Below are positions 13,436 through 28,320 of a stretch of DNA of 64,000 nucleotides, one piece after another. The notes beneath the pieces were generated by a model. That model did not search any database, was not told the DNA's origin, and was given only the letters and a program-made list of their open reading frames with translations. How positions within the stretch are numbered: the first letter of the stretch is position 1; every line of letters starts with the position of its first letter. Origin of the DNA: Eledone cirrhosa (Eukaryota); the NCBI GenBank assembly GCA_964016885.1, contig OZ024749.1:14012001-14076000 (forward strand), given 5' to 3'. A program made the position numbers and the translations under genes.

Positions 13436-16400
13436 CATCATCACCATCATCATCATCATCATCATCATCATCATATTATGTCTGTTTTTACATACTTGCA
13501 TGGGTTGGACAGGTCTTTTCCAGCACAACTCTATTCATTATATTCCTTCATCATCTCCCTTGTGAGTTTCAACATTTTTGAGATCAGCTCTGCTGAAGTC
13601 TTTCTCAGTCTTCCTCTACTGCAACTTCCTTCCACTGGCCAATCCTGGCTCTTCATCCTACAGTCATCATCAATCCCAACACATTACATGTCCATACCAT
13701 CATTGTCTTCTCTCCTGCACACTACATCTGATTCCTCTTATACTTAGTGTCAGTTTTCCCCTCAATTCATCCATGCCCTGTTGTTGTGTACAAGCATTAC
13801 ACATCCAATGAAATATTCTCGCTTCATTTCTTTCCAATCCTCTGCTGTTCACTACACATATCCTCTGCTGTTCACTACACATATCCTCTTCTGTTCACTA
13901 CACATATCCTCTTCTGTTCACTACACATATCCTCTTCTGTTCACTACACATATCCTCTTCTGTTCACTACATATCCTCTTCTGTTCAGTACACATATCCT
14001 CTTCTGTTCACTACACATATCCTCTGCTGTTCACTACACATATCCTCTTCTGTTCACTACACATATCCTCTTCTGTTCACTACACATATCCTCTGCTGTT
14101 CACTACACATATCCTCTGCTGTTCACTACACATATTCTCTTCTGTTCACTACACATATCCTCTGCTGTTCACTACACATATCCTCTTCTGTTCACTACAC
14201 ATATTCTCTAATGTTCACTACACATATCCTCTGTTGTTCACTACACATATCCTCTGCTGTTCACTACATATATCCTCTGCTGTTCACTACACATATCCTC
14301 TGTTATTCACTACACATATCCTTTTCTGTTCACTACATATATCCTCTTCTGTTCACTACACATATCCTATGCTGTTCACTACACATATCCTTTTATGTTC
14401 ACTACATATATCCTCTTCTGTTCACTACACATATCCTATGCTGTTCATTACACATATCCTTTTCTGTTCACTACACATCCTCTTCTGTTCACTACACATA
14501 TCCTCTGCTGTTCAGTACACATATCCTCTGCTGTTCACTACACATATTCTCTTCTGTTCACTACACATATCCTCTGCTGTTCACTACACATATCCTCTTC
14601 TGTTCACTACACATATTCTCTAATGTTCACTACACATATCCTCTGTTGTTCACTACACATATCCTCTGCTGTTCACTACATATATCCTCTGCTATTCACT
14701 ACACATATCCTCTGTTGTTCACTACACATATCCTTTTCTGTTCACTACATATATCCTCTTCTGTTCACTACACATATCCTATGCTGTTCACTACACATAT
14801 CCTTTTATGTTCACTACATATATCCTCTTCTGTTCACTACACATATCCTATGCTGTTCACTACACATATCCTTTTCTGTTCACTACACATCCTCTTCTGT
14901 TCACTACACATATCCTCTTCTGTTCACTACACATATCCTCTGTTGTTCACTACACATATCCTCTACTGTTCACTACACATATCCTCTGTTGTTCACTACA
15001 CATATCCTCTGCTGTTCACTACATATATCCTCTGCTGTTCACTACACATATCCTCTGTTGTTCACTACACATATCCTTTTCTGTTCACTACATATATCCT
15101 CTTCTGTTCACTACACATATCCTATGCTGTTCACTACACATATCCTTTTCTGTTCACTACGCATATCCTCTTCTGTTCACTAGACATATCCTCTGCTGTT
15201 CACTAGACATATCCTCTGCTGTACACTACACATATCCTCTTCTGTTCACTACACATATCCTCTGTTGTTCACTACACATATCCTCTACTGTTCACTACAC
15301 ATATCCTCTGTTGTTCACTACACATATCCTCTGCTTTTCACTACATATATCCTCTGCTGTTCACTACACATATACTCTGTTGTTCACTACACATATCCTT
15401 TTCTGTTCACTACATATATCCTCTTCTGTTCACTACACATATCCTATGCTGTTCACTACACATATCCTTTTCTGTTCACTACGCATATCCTCTTCTGTTC
15501 ACTACACATATCCTCTGTTGTTCACTACACATATCCTCTGCTGTTCACTACATATATCCTCTGCTGTTCACTACACATATCCTCTGTTGTTCACTACACA
15601 TATCCTTTTCTGTTCACTACGCATATCCTCTTCTGTTCACTACATATATCCTCTTCTGTTCACTACATATATCCTCTGCTGTTCACTACACATATCCTCT
15701 TCTGTTCACTACACATATCCTCTTCTGTTCACTACACATATCCTCTTCTGTTCACTACACATATCCTCTGCTGTTCACTACATATATCCTCTGCTGTTCA
15801 CTACACATATCCTCGGCTGTTCACTACATATATCCTCTGCTGTTCACTACACATATCCTCTTCTGTTCACTACACATATTCTATGCTGTTCACTACATAT
15901 CCTCTGTTGTTCACTACACATATCCTCTGCTGTTCACTACATATATCCTCTTCTGTTCACTACACATATTCTCTTCTGTTCACTACATATCCTATTCTGT
16001 TCACTACACATATCCTCTTCTGTTCACTACACATATCCTCTTCTGTTCACTACACATATCCTCTGTTGTTCACTACACATATCCTCTGCTGTTCACTACA
16101 CATATCCTCTGTTGTTCACTACACGTATTCTCTTCTGTTCACTACACATATCCTCTTCTGTTCACTACACATATCCTCTGTTGTTCACTACACATATCCT
16201 CTGTTGTTCACTACACACATCCTCTTCTGTTCACTACACATATCCTCTGCTGTTCACTACACATATCCTCTGCTGTTCACTACACATATTCTCTTCTGTT
16301 CACTGCACATATCCTCTTCTGTTCACTACACATATCCTCTTCTGTTCACTACATATATCCTCTGCTGTTCACTACACATATCCTCTGCTGTTCACTACAC

Positions 16401-19400
16401 ATATCCTCTGCTGTTCACTACATATCCTCTTCTGTTCACTACACATATCCTCTGTTGTTCACTACACATATCCTCTTCTGTTCACTACATATATCCTCTG
16501 CTGTTCACTACACATATTCTCTGCTGTTCACTACACATATCCTCTGCTGTTCACTACATATCCTCTTCTGTTCACTACACATATCCTCTTCTGTTCACTA
16601 CACATATCCTCTTCTGTTCACTACACATATCCTCTGTTGTTCACTACACATATACTCTGCTGTTCACTACACATATCCTCTGCTGTTCACTACATATATC
16701 CTCTGCTGTTCACTACACATATCCTCTTCTGTTCACTACACATACCCTCTTCTGTTCACTACACATATCCTCTTCTGTTCACTACACATATCCTCTTCTG
16801 TTCACTACATATATCCTCTGCTGTTCACTACACATATTCTCTGCTGTTTACTACATATCCTCGGCTGTTCACTACACGTATCCTCTGCTGTTCACTACAT
16901 ATATCCTCTGCTGTTCACTACATATATCCTCTGCTGTTCACTACACATATTCTCTGCTGTTCACTACATATCCTCTGCTGTTCACTACACATATCCTCTG
17001 TTGTTCACTACACATATACTCTTCTATTCACTACACATATCCTCTTCTGTTCACTACACATATCCTCTGTTGTTCACTACACATATCCTCTGTTGTTCAC
17101 TACACATATTCTCTGCTGTTTACTAGACATATCCTCTGCTGTTCACTACACATATCCTCTGCTGTTCACTACATATCATCTGCTGTTCACTACATATCAT
17201 CTGCTGTTCACTACACATATCCTCTTGTGTTCACTACATATCCTCTGCTGTTCACTACACATATCCTCTGCTGTTCACTACATATCATTTGCTGTTCACT
17301 ACACATATCCTCTTCTGTTCACTACATATCCTCTGCTGTTCACTACACATATCCTCTGCTGTTCACCACACATACCCTCTGCTGTTCACTACACATATCC
17401 TCTGTTGTTCACTACACATATCCTCTTCTGTTCACTACACATAACCTCTTCTGTTCACTACACATATCCTCTGCTGTTCACTACACATATCCTCTGCTGT
17501 TCACTACATATCCTCTGCTGTTCACTACACATATCCTCTTCTGTTCACTGCACATATCCTCTTCTGTTCACTACACATATCCTCTTCTGTTCACTACACC
17601 TATCCTCTGCTGTTCACTACATATCATTTGCTGTTCACTACACATATCCTCTTCTGTTCACTACACTATCCTCTTCTGTTCACTACACATATCCTCTTCT
17701 GTTCACTACACATATGCTCTTCTGTTCACTACACATATCCTCTGCTGTTCACTACACATATCCTCTGCTGTTCACTACACATATCCTCTTCTGTTCACTA
17801 CACATATCCTCTGCTGTTCACTACACATATCCTTTGCTGTTCACTACACATATCCTCTGCTGTTCACTACATATCCTTTGCTGTTCACTACACATATCCT
17901 CTGCTGTTCACTACATATATTCTCTTCTGTTCACTACACATATCCTCTTCTGTTCACTACACATATCCTCTTCTGTTCACTACACATATCCTCTTCTGTT
18001 CACTACACATATTCTCTTCTGTTCACTACACATATCCTCTGCTATTCACTAAATATCCTTTGCTGTTCACTACATATCCTCTGCTGTTCACTACATATCC
18101 TCTGCTGTTCACTACACATATCCTCTGCTGTTCACTACACATATCCTCTTCTGTTCACTACATATATCCTCTGCTGTTCACTACACATATTCTCTGCTGT
18201 TCACTACACATATCCTGTGATGTTCACTACATATCCTCTTCTGTTCACTACACATATACTCTTCTGTTCACTACACATATCCTCTTCTGTTCACTACACA
18301 TATCCTCTTCTGTTCACTACACATATCCTCTTCTGTTCACTACACATATCCTCTTCTGTTCACTACACATACCCTCTGTTGTTCACTACACATATCCTCT
18401 GCTGTTCACTACACATATCCTCTGCTGTTCACTACACATATCCTCTGCTGTTCACTACACATATCCTCTTCTGTTCACTACACATACCCTCTTCTGTTCA
18501 CTACACATATCCTCTTCTGTTCACTACACATATCCTCTTCTGTTCACTACACATATCCTCTGCTGTTCACTACACATATTCTCTGCTGTTTACTACATAT
18601 CCTCGGCTGTTCACTACACATATCCTCTGCTGTTCACTACATATATCCTCTGCTGTTCACTACATATATCCTCTGCTGTTCACTACACATATTCTCTGCT
18701 GTTCACTACACATATCCTCTGCTGTTCACTACACATATCCTCTGTTGTTCACTACACATATACTCTTCTGTTCACTACACATATCCTCTTCTGTTCACTA
18801 CACATATCCTCTGTTGTTCACTACACATATCCTCTGTTGTTCACTACACATATTCTCTGCTGTTTACTAGACATATCCTCTGCTGTTCACTACACATATC
18901 CTCTGCTGTTCACTACATATCATCTGCTGTTCACTACACATATCATCTGCTGTTCACTACACATATCCTCTTGTGTTCACTACATATCCTCTGCTGTTCA
19001 CTACATATATCCTCTGCTGTTCACTACACATATCCTCTGTTGTTCACTACGCATATCCTCTTATGTTCACTACACATATCCTCTGCCTTTCACTACATAT
19101 CATTTGCTGTTCACTACACATATCCTCTTCTGTTCACTACATATCCTCTGCTGTTCACTACACATATCCTCTGCTGTTCACCACACATACCCTCTGCTGT
19201 TCACTACACATATCCTCTGTTGTTCACTACACATATCCTCTTCTGTTCACTACACATAACCTCTTCTGTTCACTACACATATCCTCTGCTGTTCACTACA
19301 CATATCCTCTGCTGTTCACTACACATATCCTCTGCTGTTCACTACATATATCCTCTTCTGTTCACTGCACATATCCTCTTCTGTTCACTACACATATCCT

Positions 19401-20978
19401 CTTCTGTTCACTACACCTATCCTCTTCTGTTCACTACACATATCCTCTTCTGTTCACTACACATATCCTCTTCTGTTCACTACATATCCTCTGCTGTTCA
19501 CTACACATATCCTCTGCTGTTCACCACACATACCCTCTGCTGTTCACTACACATATCCTCTGTTGTTTACTACACATATCCTCTTCTGTTCACTACACAT
19601 AACCTCTTCTGTTCACTACACATATCCTCTGCTGTTCACTACACATATCCTCTGCTGTTCACTACACATATCCTCTGCTGTTCACTACATATATCCTCTT
19701 CTGTTCACTGCACATATCCTCTTCTGTTCACTACACATATCCTCTTCTGTTCACTACACCTATCCTCTTCTGTTCACTACACCTATCCTCTGCTGTTCAC
19801 TACATATCATTTGCTGTTCACTACACATATCCTCTTCTGTTCACTACACTATCCTCTTCTGTTCACTACACATATCCTCTTCTGTTCACTACACATATGC
19901 TCTTCTGTTCACTACACATATCCTCTGCTGTTCACTACACATATCCTCTGCTGTTCACTACACATATCCTCTTCTGTTCACTACACATATCCTCTGCTGT
20001 TCACTACACATATCCTCTTCTGTTCACTACACATATCCTCTTCTGTTCACTACACATATCCTCTGCTGTTCACTAAATATCCTTTGCTGTTCACTACATA
20101 TCCTCTGCTGTTCACTACATATCCTCTGCTGTTCACTACACATATCCTCTGCTGTTCACTACACATATCCTCTTCTGTTAACTACACATATCCTCTTCTG
20201 TTAACTACACATATCCTCTTCTGTTCACTACATATCCTCTTCTGTTCACTACACATATCCTCTTCTGTTCACTACACATATCCTCTTCTGTTCACTACAC
20301 ATATCCTCTTCTGTTCACTACACATATCCTCTTTTGTTCACTACACATATCCTCTTCTGTTCACTACACATATCCTCTGCTGTTCACTACACATATCCTC
20401 TTCTGTTCACTACACATATCCTCTGCTGTTCACTACACATATCATTTGCTGTTCACTACACATATCCTTTGCAGTTCACTACATATCCTTTGCTGTTCAC
20501 TACACATATCCTCTGCTGTTCACTACATATATCCTCTGCTGTTCACTACATATCATCTGCTGTTCACTACACATATCCTCTTCTGTTCACTACACATATC
20601 CTCTTCTGTTCACTACACATATCCTCTTCTGTTCACTACACATATCCTCTTCTGTTCAGTACACATATCCTCTTCTGTTCACTACACATATCCTCTGCTG
20701 TTCACTACACATATCCTCTTCTGTTCACTACACATATCCTCTTCTGTTCACTACACATATCCTCTTCTGTTCACTACACATATCCTCTGCTGTTCACTAC
20801 ACATATTCTCTTCTGTTCACTACACATATCCTCTGCTGTTCACTACACATATCCTCTGCTGTTCACTACATATGTCTTGCAGCCATTCAACATAGCAACC
20901 ACTACCCAGGCAAGCCACTCCCTTTGCTCAGAAAGAAAATACTTTTGTTGTTAACTGAGGTAGAGATTCCTGAACTTT
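13436..20978 (-). mobile_element. Degenerate RTE-clade LINE 3' fragment split by a satellite
   Basis: 13436-13836 gives (CAT)n tail and LERNEARIFHWMC...IRGIRCSVQERR; 20874-20978 continues colinearly with the copy at 23567-24286. Confidence 0.75.
13837..20873. repeat. 23-bp satellite (ATCCTCTGCTGTTCACTACACAT), ~305 copies, 7 kb
   Basis: Visible array with 21-bp variants and repeated variant blocks. Confidence 0.97.
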
Positions 20979-20995
20979 GATATATAAAATATAAA

Positions 20996-21038
<43 letters not shown>

Positions 21039-21097
21039 AACTTATATATAAACTTATATATAAACTTATATATATATATATATATATAATATAAACT

Positions 21098-21165
<68 letters not shown>

Positions 21166-21556
21166 GTGAGGCTGGAGAAGGTAGAAGGAAAGGAAAAATA
21201 ACATATATACAACAACACACACATATATACACATATATATATATAGAAATATATATATATATATGCATACACATACATATACATGCATACAAACATACAC
21301 ACAATCATACGTATATATACACGTACATACATACACATACATAAATGCATACATATGCATGCACAAAATTAGATGTGTATGTGTATGTATATATATATAT
21401 ATAAAATATAAACTTATATATATATATATAAATTATAAACTTGTATATATATATAAAATATAAACTTATATATATATATATATAAAATATAAACTTGTAT
21501 ATATAAAATATAAACTTGTATATATATATAAAATATAAACTTATATATACATATAT

Positions 21557-21597
<41 letters not shown>

Positions 21598-21634
21598 TAA
21601 CTTATATATACATACATATATAAACTTATATATT

Positions 21635-22097
21635 CACTTGTCACGGTCCCTCGTCATCTCTGCCGTGAGCTTCAGCGATCTAAGGTCTGTTCTCACCACC
21701 TCCGCCCATGTTTTTCATGGTCTACCTCTACCACGACTTCCTTCAACTGGTATTTCCTGGCACTTCTTCACCCATCGGTCATCCTCCATGCGCATCACAT
21801 GTCCATACAACTGCAGTCTCCTCTCTCACACACTACATTCTATCCCTCTCTCAACACATCCATGCTGGGTCATTCATGCACATTGACATTGCACATCCAT
21901 CAGAGTATGCTTGCCTCATTTCTCTCCAGCCGTCGCATATCCTCTGCAGTTTCTGCCCATGTCTCGCTACCATGCAGCATCGTGCTCCTCACACAAGCAT
22001 CAAATAACTGGCCTTTCGTACGCAGGGAGAAACCCTTCTTCGTCAGCAGAGGAAGCAGCTCCCTAAACTTCTTCCAGCCCGTCCTTATTCTAGATAC
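21635..22097 (-). mobile_element. RTE LINE ORF fragment
   Basis: SRIRTGWKKFRELLPLL...LHGSETWA..LERNEAS; close paralogue of 23567-24286; embedded in (TA)n. Confidence 0.9.
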
Positions 22098-22134
22098 ATA
22101 TATATACACATATATATATATATATACATACATA

Positions 22135-22183
<49 letters not shown>

Positions 22184-22365
22184 CGTTTCTGAATTTGTTT
22201 AGCAAGATTCTTTATCTGAAAACTTTGGGAGGGTCATGTTGCCAATAAGAAACACGCGCACCAGTTGCTTTCACTTCAATTTATTATAATAAATTTATGA
22301 ATTTATGAATTTATAAATTTCCGGTTGGTTGGTTGGTTCCACAACCAGATGGTTGTTTATATATT

Positions 22366-22408
22366 GTCAAAGTTCTTTCGTCACACATTCTGTGACCTCT
22401 TCAGTGAC
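22366..22408 (-). ncRNA. Minimal type I hammerhead ribozyme motif
   Basis: Minus: GUCA-CUGAAGA-G-GUCACA(GAAUG)UGUGAC-GAAA-G(AA)C-UU-UGAC; 4-bp stem I and 6-bp stem II. Confidence 0.6.
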
Positions 22409-22486
22409 TGGGGATTCTTTTCTTTGTTTTTATGCCTCTCCTTTGTTCTGTCCTATGCCATCTTGTTTCTGTGTGTGTGTGTTCTC

Positions 22487-22518
<32 letters not shown>

Positions 22519-22920
22519 ATATTTATATATACATACATATATATATATTTATATATACATATATATATACATACATACATATATATATATTTATATATAT
22601 ATATATATATATATATGCATGCATATATATACATATATATATATTTATATATATATATATATATATATGCATGCATATATATATATATATATACATGCAT
22701 ATATATATATATATATATACACATACATGCATATATACATGCATATATATATATATACAAATACATGCATATATACATGCATATATATATATATACAAAT
22801 ACATGCATATATACATGCATATATATATATATGTACACATATATGCATATATACATGCATATATATATACACATACATGCATATATATATATATACATAC
22901 ATGCATATATATATACATAC

Positions 22921-22966
<46 letters not shown>

Positions 22967-23566
22967 GCACATACATGCATATATATATGGTGGCTGCCAA
23001 CTCGTTTTCGAGTACGGCCACTACTTTATATCCATGCAGGAGAACCCCTACCGATGTGCTGAACGAGTGTGACTTTTTAGTCCAGCCAGCGACTTGAAAA
23101 CTCTTGTACAAACACTACACTAGTTACAATTATTGACACATAGTGCTGGTCCCATGGTACCATGTGATGACAAGTGCAAAGAGATCTCCATATATAAAGC
23201 AATGCCTGTGCTGTGAAGCTTTTATAGTGAGCAAAGGCACTGTACAAAGCCAGTCCCACTCTCTTAACCAAGATGATATTTACCAAAAAGAAGAACAAGT
23301 CAACATCATTGGATACCATCAGGGTTGCAGGTGTTATATCAGAGTTTTCCTTCTCCTAGAATTCTGCCTTGACAAAGGCTAAGGGGTCATCTCTCCCGGT
23401 GATTTTGGATGGCCATTGACTCTTAAGAGCTCCTTTGCCCTTTGACAGGTTTTGTTTTTAGTCCTGCAGGATGTCCAAAGTCACCCTCCTCACCAAGAAA
23501 CCTTGGTGGGGTTGCCAGTTTAGTCGCCAACGACCCGACCATGAGACATATATATATATATATATA

Positions 23567-24286
23567 TCATCATCATTTTACGTCCGCTTTTCCCTGCTTG
23601 CAAGGGTGGGACGGGTCTTATTCAGCACAGCATCTCTCCACTCGTCACGGTCCCTCGTCATCTCCACCGTGAGCTTCAATGATCTGAGGTCTGTTCTCAC
23701 CACCTCCGCCCATGTTTTTCGTGGTCTACCTCTACCACGTCTTCCTTCAACTGGCATTTCCTGGCACTTCTTCACCCATCGGTCATCCTCCATGCGCATC
23801 ACATGTCCATACCACCTCAGTCTCCTCTCCCGTACACTACATTCTATCCCTCTCAGACACAGTTTCTCTCTCAACACATTTATGCTGGGTCGTTCACGCA
23901 CATTTACACTGCACATCCAACGGAGCATGCTTGCCTCATTTCTCTCCAGCCGTCGCATATCCTCTGCAGTTGCTGCCCATGTCTCACTACCATGCAGCAT
24001 CGCGCTCCTCACACAGGCATCATACAACCGGCCTTTCGTACGTAGGGAGAAACCCTTCTTCATCAACAGAGGAAGCAGCTCCCTAAACTTCTTCCAACCC
24101 GTCCTTATTCTAGATACTATTGCCTCGGAACACCCTCCTCCCATGCTAATCTGATCTCCTAGGTACCGGAAGCTATCCACCACTTCTATAGCGCACTCTC
24201 GCATTTGAAAAATGTGTCTATCAGTGCGACTTCTACTGTCTAATTTCCCTGTACATCTACTGCATACATATTTCTCCCTACCTGTT
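23567..24286 (-). mobile_element. 5'-truncated RTE-clade LINE, open C-terminal ORF part (~236 codons)
   Basis: End of RT domain EVVDSFRYLG, then LHGSETW, RRLRWYGHVMRM, GRGRPRKTW; very short 3' UTR ending in (GAT)n; inserted in (TA)n. Confidence 0.93.
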
Positions 24287-24473
24287 ATATATATATATAC
24301 ATGCATATATATATATATATATATACATGCATATATATATATACATATACATACATGTATATATATATATATACATACATGCATATATATATATACATAC
24401 ATGCATATATATATATACATATACATACATGTATATATATATATACATACATGCATATATATATACACATACA

Positions 24474-24518
<45 letters not shown>

Positions 24519-24853
24519 CAATAAAGCTAATCAGGAGGAGAGAGAGGTGATTAGTTGTGCAGATTACAACCCAGTATAGAGAAGGTTAGTGTGTTCGATG
24601 CATATAGATCGTGACACTAGAACCATGTGAGTAGATGGAGGCAGAGATAGTTTAACAATCGTATTATAAGCAGAGCAAAAAATCATATTTAAAATGGTGG
24701 AGAGAACAACAATGTACTTATATTGTTTTATATTCGATATCCAAACCAACTATGTGCAGTTATATTGTGCAGTATTTAAAACAAATTGTCAGTAAATTCT
24801 CAGCCATTAAATATACATGTATTCATAAATATTTCTTGTTCTTTCCAGCATTT

Positions 24854-24903
<50 letters not shown>

Positions 24904-24906
<3 letters not shown>

Positions 24907-24977
24907 GGTGTCCCAAAAATGTATATGCACTTCAGCATTCTAATAAAAGTGTATATATATTTTTTGTGGACACCCTG
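24904..24977. mobile_element. 74-bp Tc1/mariner-type MITE
   Basis: TA-CAGGGTGTCC ... GGACACCCTG-TA; relatives at ~28765-28835 and 38625-38725. Confidence 0.8.
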
Positions 24978-24982
24978 TATGT

Positions 24983-25024
<42 letters not shown>

Positions 25025-25629
25025 ATATACATGCACAAATGTATACATAGACACAGACATATGTACATAAACAGACTCATGCATACACATACATACGTAC
25101 ATACACCGCCTACAGCTACTTGAGGTCACTTTAGTAATAATACAATGCTTATCTCCTTCAATATCTCTTTAAAATCTCTTTCTACCTGACTTAAGATATT
25201 GCCAATTTATAAACTGTGCATATATGTGTGTGTGTGTGAGTGTGCCTGCATATGTGTGTCTCTGTATGTATGTGTGTATGTGTGAAGATATGAATGTATG
25301 CGTTTGTATATACATATATACATATATATAGATAGATAGATATAGATAATATAAAGTGAAATGACAGGAGGCCAAATATGTTGAATTAACTTAATTATAT
25401 ATTTGTGCAAAGACTATGCACATTTCAGTGGCCAGGTTGTGTAATAACCCAGTGACATCTTCAGGTGCAAATTGCATAATATTGGTATAGCGACGAAATG
25501 ATGGTTAACTTTAAGGAAACAAGCAAAGAAAAAATAGAAGAAAAGAATTGTGCATTTATGATTTTGATCCAGAGACAAACGAAGCAGCGTGCTGCTTCAC
25601 TGCCTCGTCATTTCATATATATATATCTA

Positions 25630-25820
25630 TATGAATGAAAGATTTGGGACCCCAACAGCTGAGCTCTTGCTGTCTCAACAGCTGGAACTAGCTGTTGAAA
25701 CAGCAAGAACTCAGCTGTCGGGGCACTGACTCTTTCGTATAACCATACTCTTCTACCCCAAATATCAAGTACTCTAGTGAGTAATGGTCTAACCAGTTTC
25801 TGAATCCATCCTGATTTATA
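25630..25820. repeat. Unclassified hairpin-bearing dispersed repeat
   Basis: ACAGCTGAGCTCTTGCTGTCTCAACAGCT-loop-AGCTGTTGAAACAGCAAGAACTCAGCTGT; relatives at 36715-36870, 36895-37040 and 38395-38465. Confidence 0.6.
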
Positions 25821-25840
25821 TATATATATATATATATATA

Positions 25841-25993
25841 TAATAATTGTTTCTACTTTTGGCACAAGGCCAGCAATTACTGGTACTTTATTTTATCGAC
25901 CCCGTAAGGATGAAAGGCAAAGTTAACCTCGGCTGGATTTGAACTCAGAATGGCAAGGGCCGTAACTCTATACATCAAAGCATGGCATCCAAC
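25841..25993 (-). mobile_element. SINE-A, 5'-truncated
   Basis: Same core and tail as 10776-10970. Confidence 0.85.
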
Positions 25994-26136
25994 ATATATA
26001 ATAATAATACTATTTATAGTTATGTATATAGTATAAACAACTATAAACAGGAAGGTCAGTAATTTCTTAATTACCTTATTACCAGTAAAAGAAATAGCTC
26101 AATGTATGAACATCAGTTGTTTTACAGAGCAGGAAA

Positions 26137-26248
26137 ATAAATAAATTATACAATTATCAAAGTTGTGTTCAAATCATTTAATAGCTGAAACGATTGTCCG
26201 CTATTAAATGATTTGAACACAACTTTGATAATTGTATAATTTATTTAT
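26137..26248. repeat. 49-bp inverted repeat whose 14-nt spacer is a hammerhead 3' half
   Basis: Arms 26137-26185 and 26200-26248; spacer TGAAACGATTGTCC. Confidence 0.85.
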
Positions 26249-26253
26249 ATATA

Positions 26254-26586
26254 TCTATATATATAATTCCCGTTCTGTGTGTGTGTGTGTGTAAAAGAGT
26301 TTCACTTGGAAAATATTCCATCCATCTCTGTCAAATTAAACACGTAGCCAAAATAGGCTACCGTTTGTAACATCAATAAAAAATTATTTCATAATGATTA
26401 ATTTCGAAGTCACAAACTTTGATTTTATAATCTTATAGACTTTTGCACTAACAAATTCCATGACGGCCATAAAGAGAGAGAGCGTTCCTTTTACACACTT
26501 CTTAATTCTCCCCCTTCCACAACACGACGTTATGGGATTGTATGTGTATGTGCGTGTGTATATGTGTGTGTTTGTATGTGTGCGTG

Positions 26587-26642
<56 letters not shown>

Positions 26643-27132
26643 TTCCATAACGGCCAGAGAGAGAAGGATGTGTGAGAGGGAGATAGAAAGAGAGGAGTGA
26701 GAGAGAGTAAAATAAAGAAAGAGAGGAGTGTGTGTGACGCGAATATGATAAATACAGCGTTTATAATTTTAACTTATTTATTACACTTCTTAACTCTCCC
26801 CTTTCCACAACGTCACGTCTTGGGATTGTGTGTGTTTGTGTGTGTGTGTGTATGTTTGTATGTGTTTGTGTGTGTGTGTACATGATGGATGTTTTAAAAT
26901 ACACATTATTCAACCGACACGGCTAACGATACATTTCTCTATGTTCACATTTTAATGACACATATCTGTAAATAAAACTTGCTCTTTTTGAATACCGTCT
27001 CATTTTTTTTATTGAAAGAGTTGATGAGGTAAAATTATCCTCCAAGTTAAACATACAACACGGAAATTGACCATTAACATTGCAGCCCTACCAAAAACTG
27101 ACACCGTCCAATGGACGGGGGTCATTTGCTAG
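26254..27132 (+). mobile_element. Non-autonomous Helitron
   Basis: A|TCTATATATATAA 5' end; subterminal hairpin CCGTCC-AAT-GGACGG; CTAG|T 3' end; no TSD. Confidence 0.8.
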
Positions 27133-27342
27133 TATATATATATATAATAATAATATTATTTATACTTATATATACACTCTATATAATTATAAACAGAAAA
27201 GGTCAGTAATTCATTACCACCTTATTACCAGTAAGAAAGATAGCTCAATGTAAATACACTGTTAATGACAACCCTAACATCTACGTATCTTTGCGATTGT
27301 TCTGTGGAATGGGAGGTTAATTATATGTCTAAACTTTGCTAG

Positions 27343-27389
27343 TGCTCCGATGATTCCAAACGAAAGTTTGGAAGAAACGATTGTCCGCA
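27343..27389 (+). ncRNA. Degenerate minimal hammerhead motif in a Penelope pLTR-like repeat
   Basis: UGCU-CCGAUGA-UUCCAAAC(GAAA)GUUUGGAA-GAAA-CGAUUG-UC-CGCA; U4C change and a stem I mismatch; host repeat 27188-27430 resembles 26040-26248. Confidence 0.55.
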
Positions 27390-27425
27390 TTAAAATGTTT
27401 TGATTATAGCTTTGATTATTCTGTA

Positions 27426-27467
<42 letters not shown>

Positions 27468-27713
27468 CAAGACATGGTCATCTGACCTGGTCTATCTCAC
27501 AAAAAGACAACTCTGTCTAACCCATGCCAGCGTGGAAAAAAATAGACATTAAATGGTGATGATAATATATGTATGGATGTGCGCCCATTCTCTTTTCAAT
27601 ATATCTTTTATTTATTATATTAATCAGATCTGTTAAGTCTTAGAAATATTTTATCTTGCGTTGCTATGATATATGTGTGTGTGTGTATGTGTATATGTGT
27701 GTGTGTGTGTGTA

Positions 27714-27746
<33 letters not shown>

Positions 27747-28320
27747 CTGTACATATAACTATGTGTTTGTTGACCTACTTAAATGGGTAAGAGGGTGGTG
27801 TTCTGTCTGAGTAATAGCTGTGGTGTTGTAGGGCGTGTATATATGAAAGTCTTTGTACGCAGTGACTGTATATGCTGGGATGGTTTGCTCTAGAAGGAAA
27901 TAACAACACTACATATCTATAAATCAAACTCTTGTGTATATAACTAACTTTGTGGGCGAGTATGTGAACTATATAATGTAACACCAAAAGCAATGGCCGA
28001 TACAGCTTGGTACGGGTGACATCACAACGCATTTCTACAGCTTAGTGAACTGGAGCAATGTGAAATAAAGTGTTTTACTCAAGAACACAATGCACCACCC
28101 AGTCTGGGATTTGAACTCACAACCTTACCATTGGGAGCTCAACACTCTAACCACTAAGCCATATAGTATAGTAGTTTTTAATGCGAAGAAATACCAACGA
28201 TAATCATCAGACTACTGATGAAGGACAATCTTGTTTCTTGGTCTATTTTTATTCATATGTTCATATTCGCAGCAACGCAGCACGCCATTTTTCATTCACA
28301 TAATATATATATATATAATG

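Noticed and set aside
13747-20980. ORFs up to 1201 aa (LFTTHILCCSLHISS repeats)
   Set aside because: Translation of a stop-poor 23-bp satellite, open in several frames; no evidence of coding
23055-23115. CTGAACGA...GAAA..GTA possible hammerhead
   Set aside because: Core has an insertion, and stems I and III do not pair convincingly
23578-24474. 298-aa ORF as a host gene
   Set aside because: N-terminus is TA-repeat read-through; the rest is a truncated RTE LINE ORF
28204-28240. CTGATGA hammerhead-like core
   Set aside because: No downstream stem II-GAAA or stem I partner on either strand
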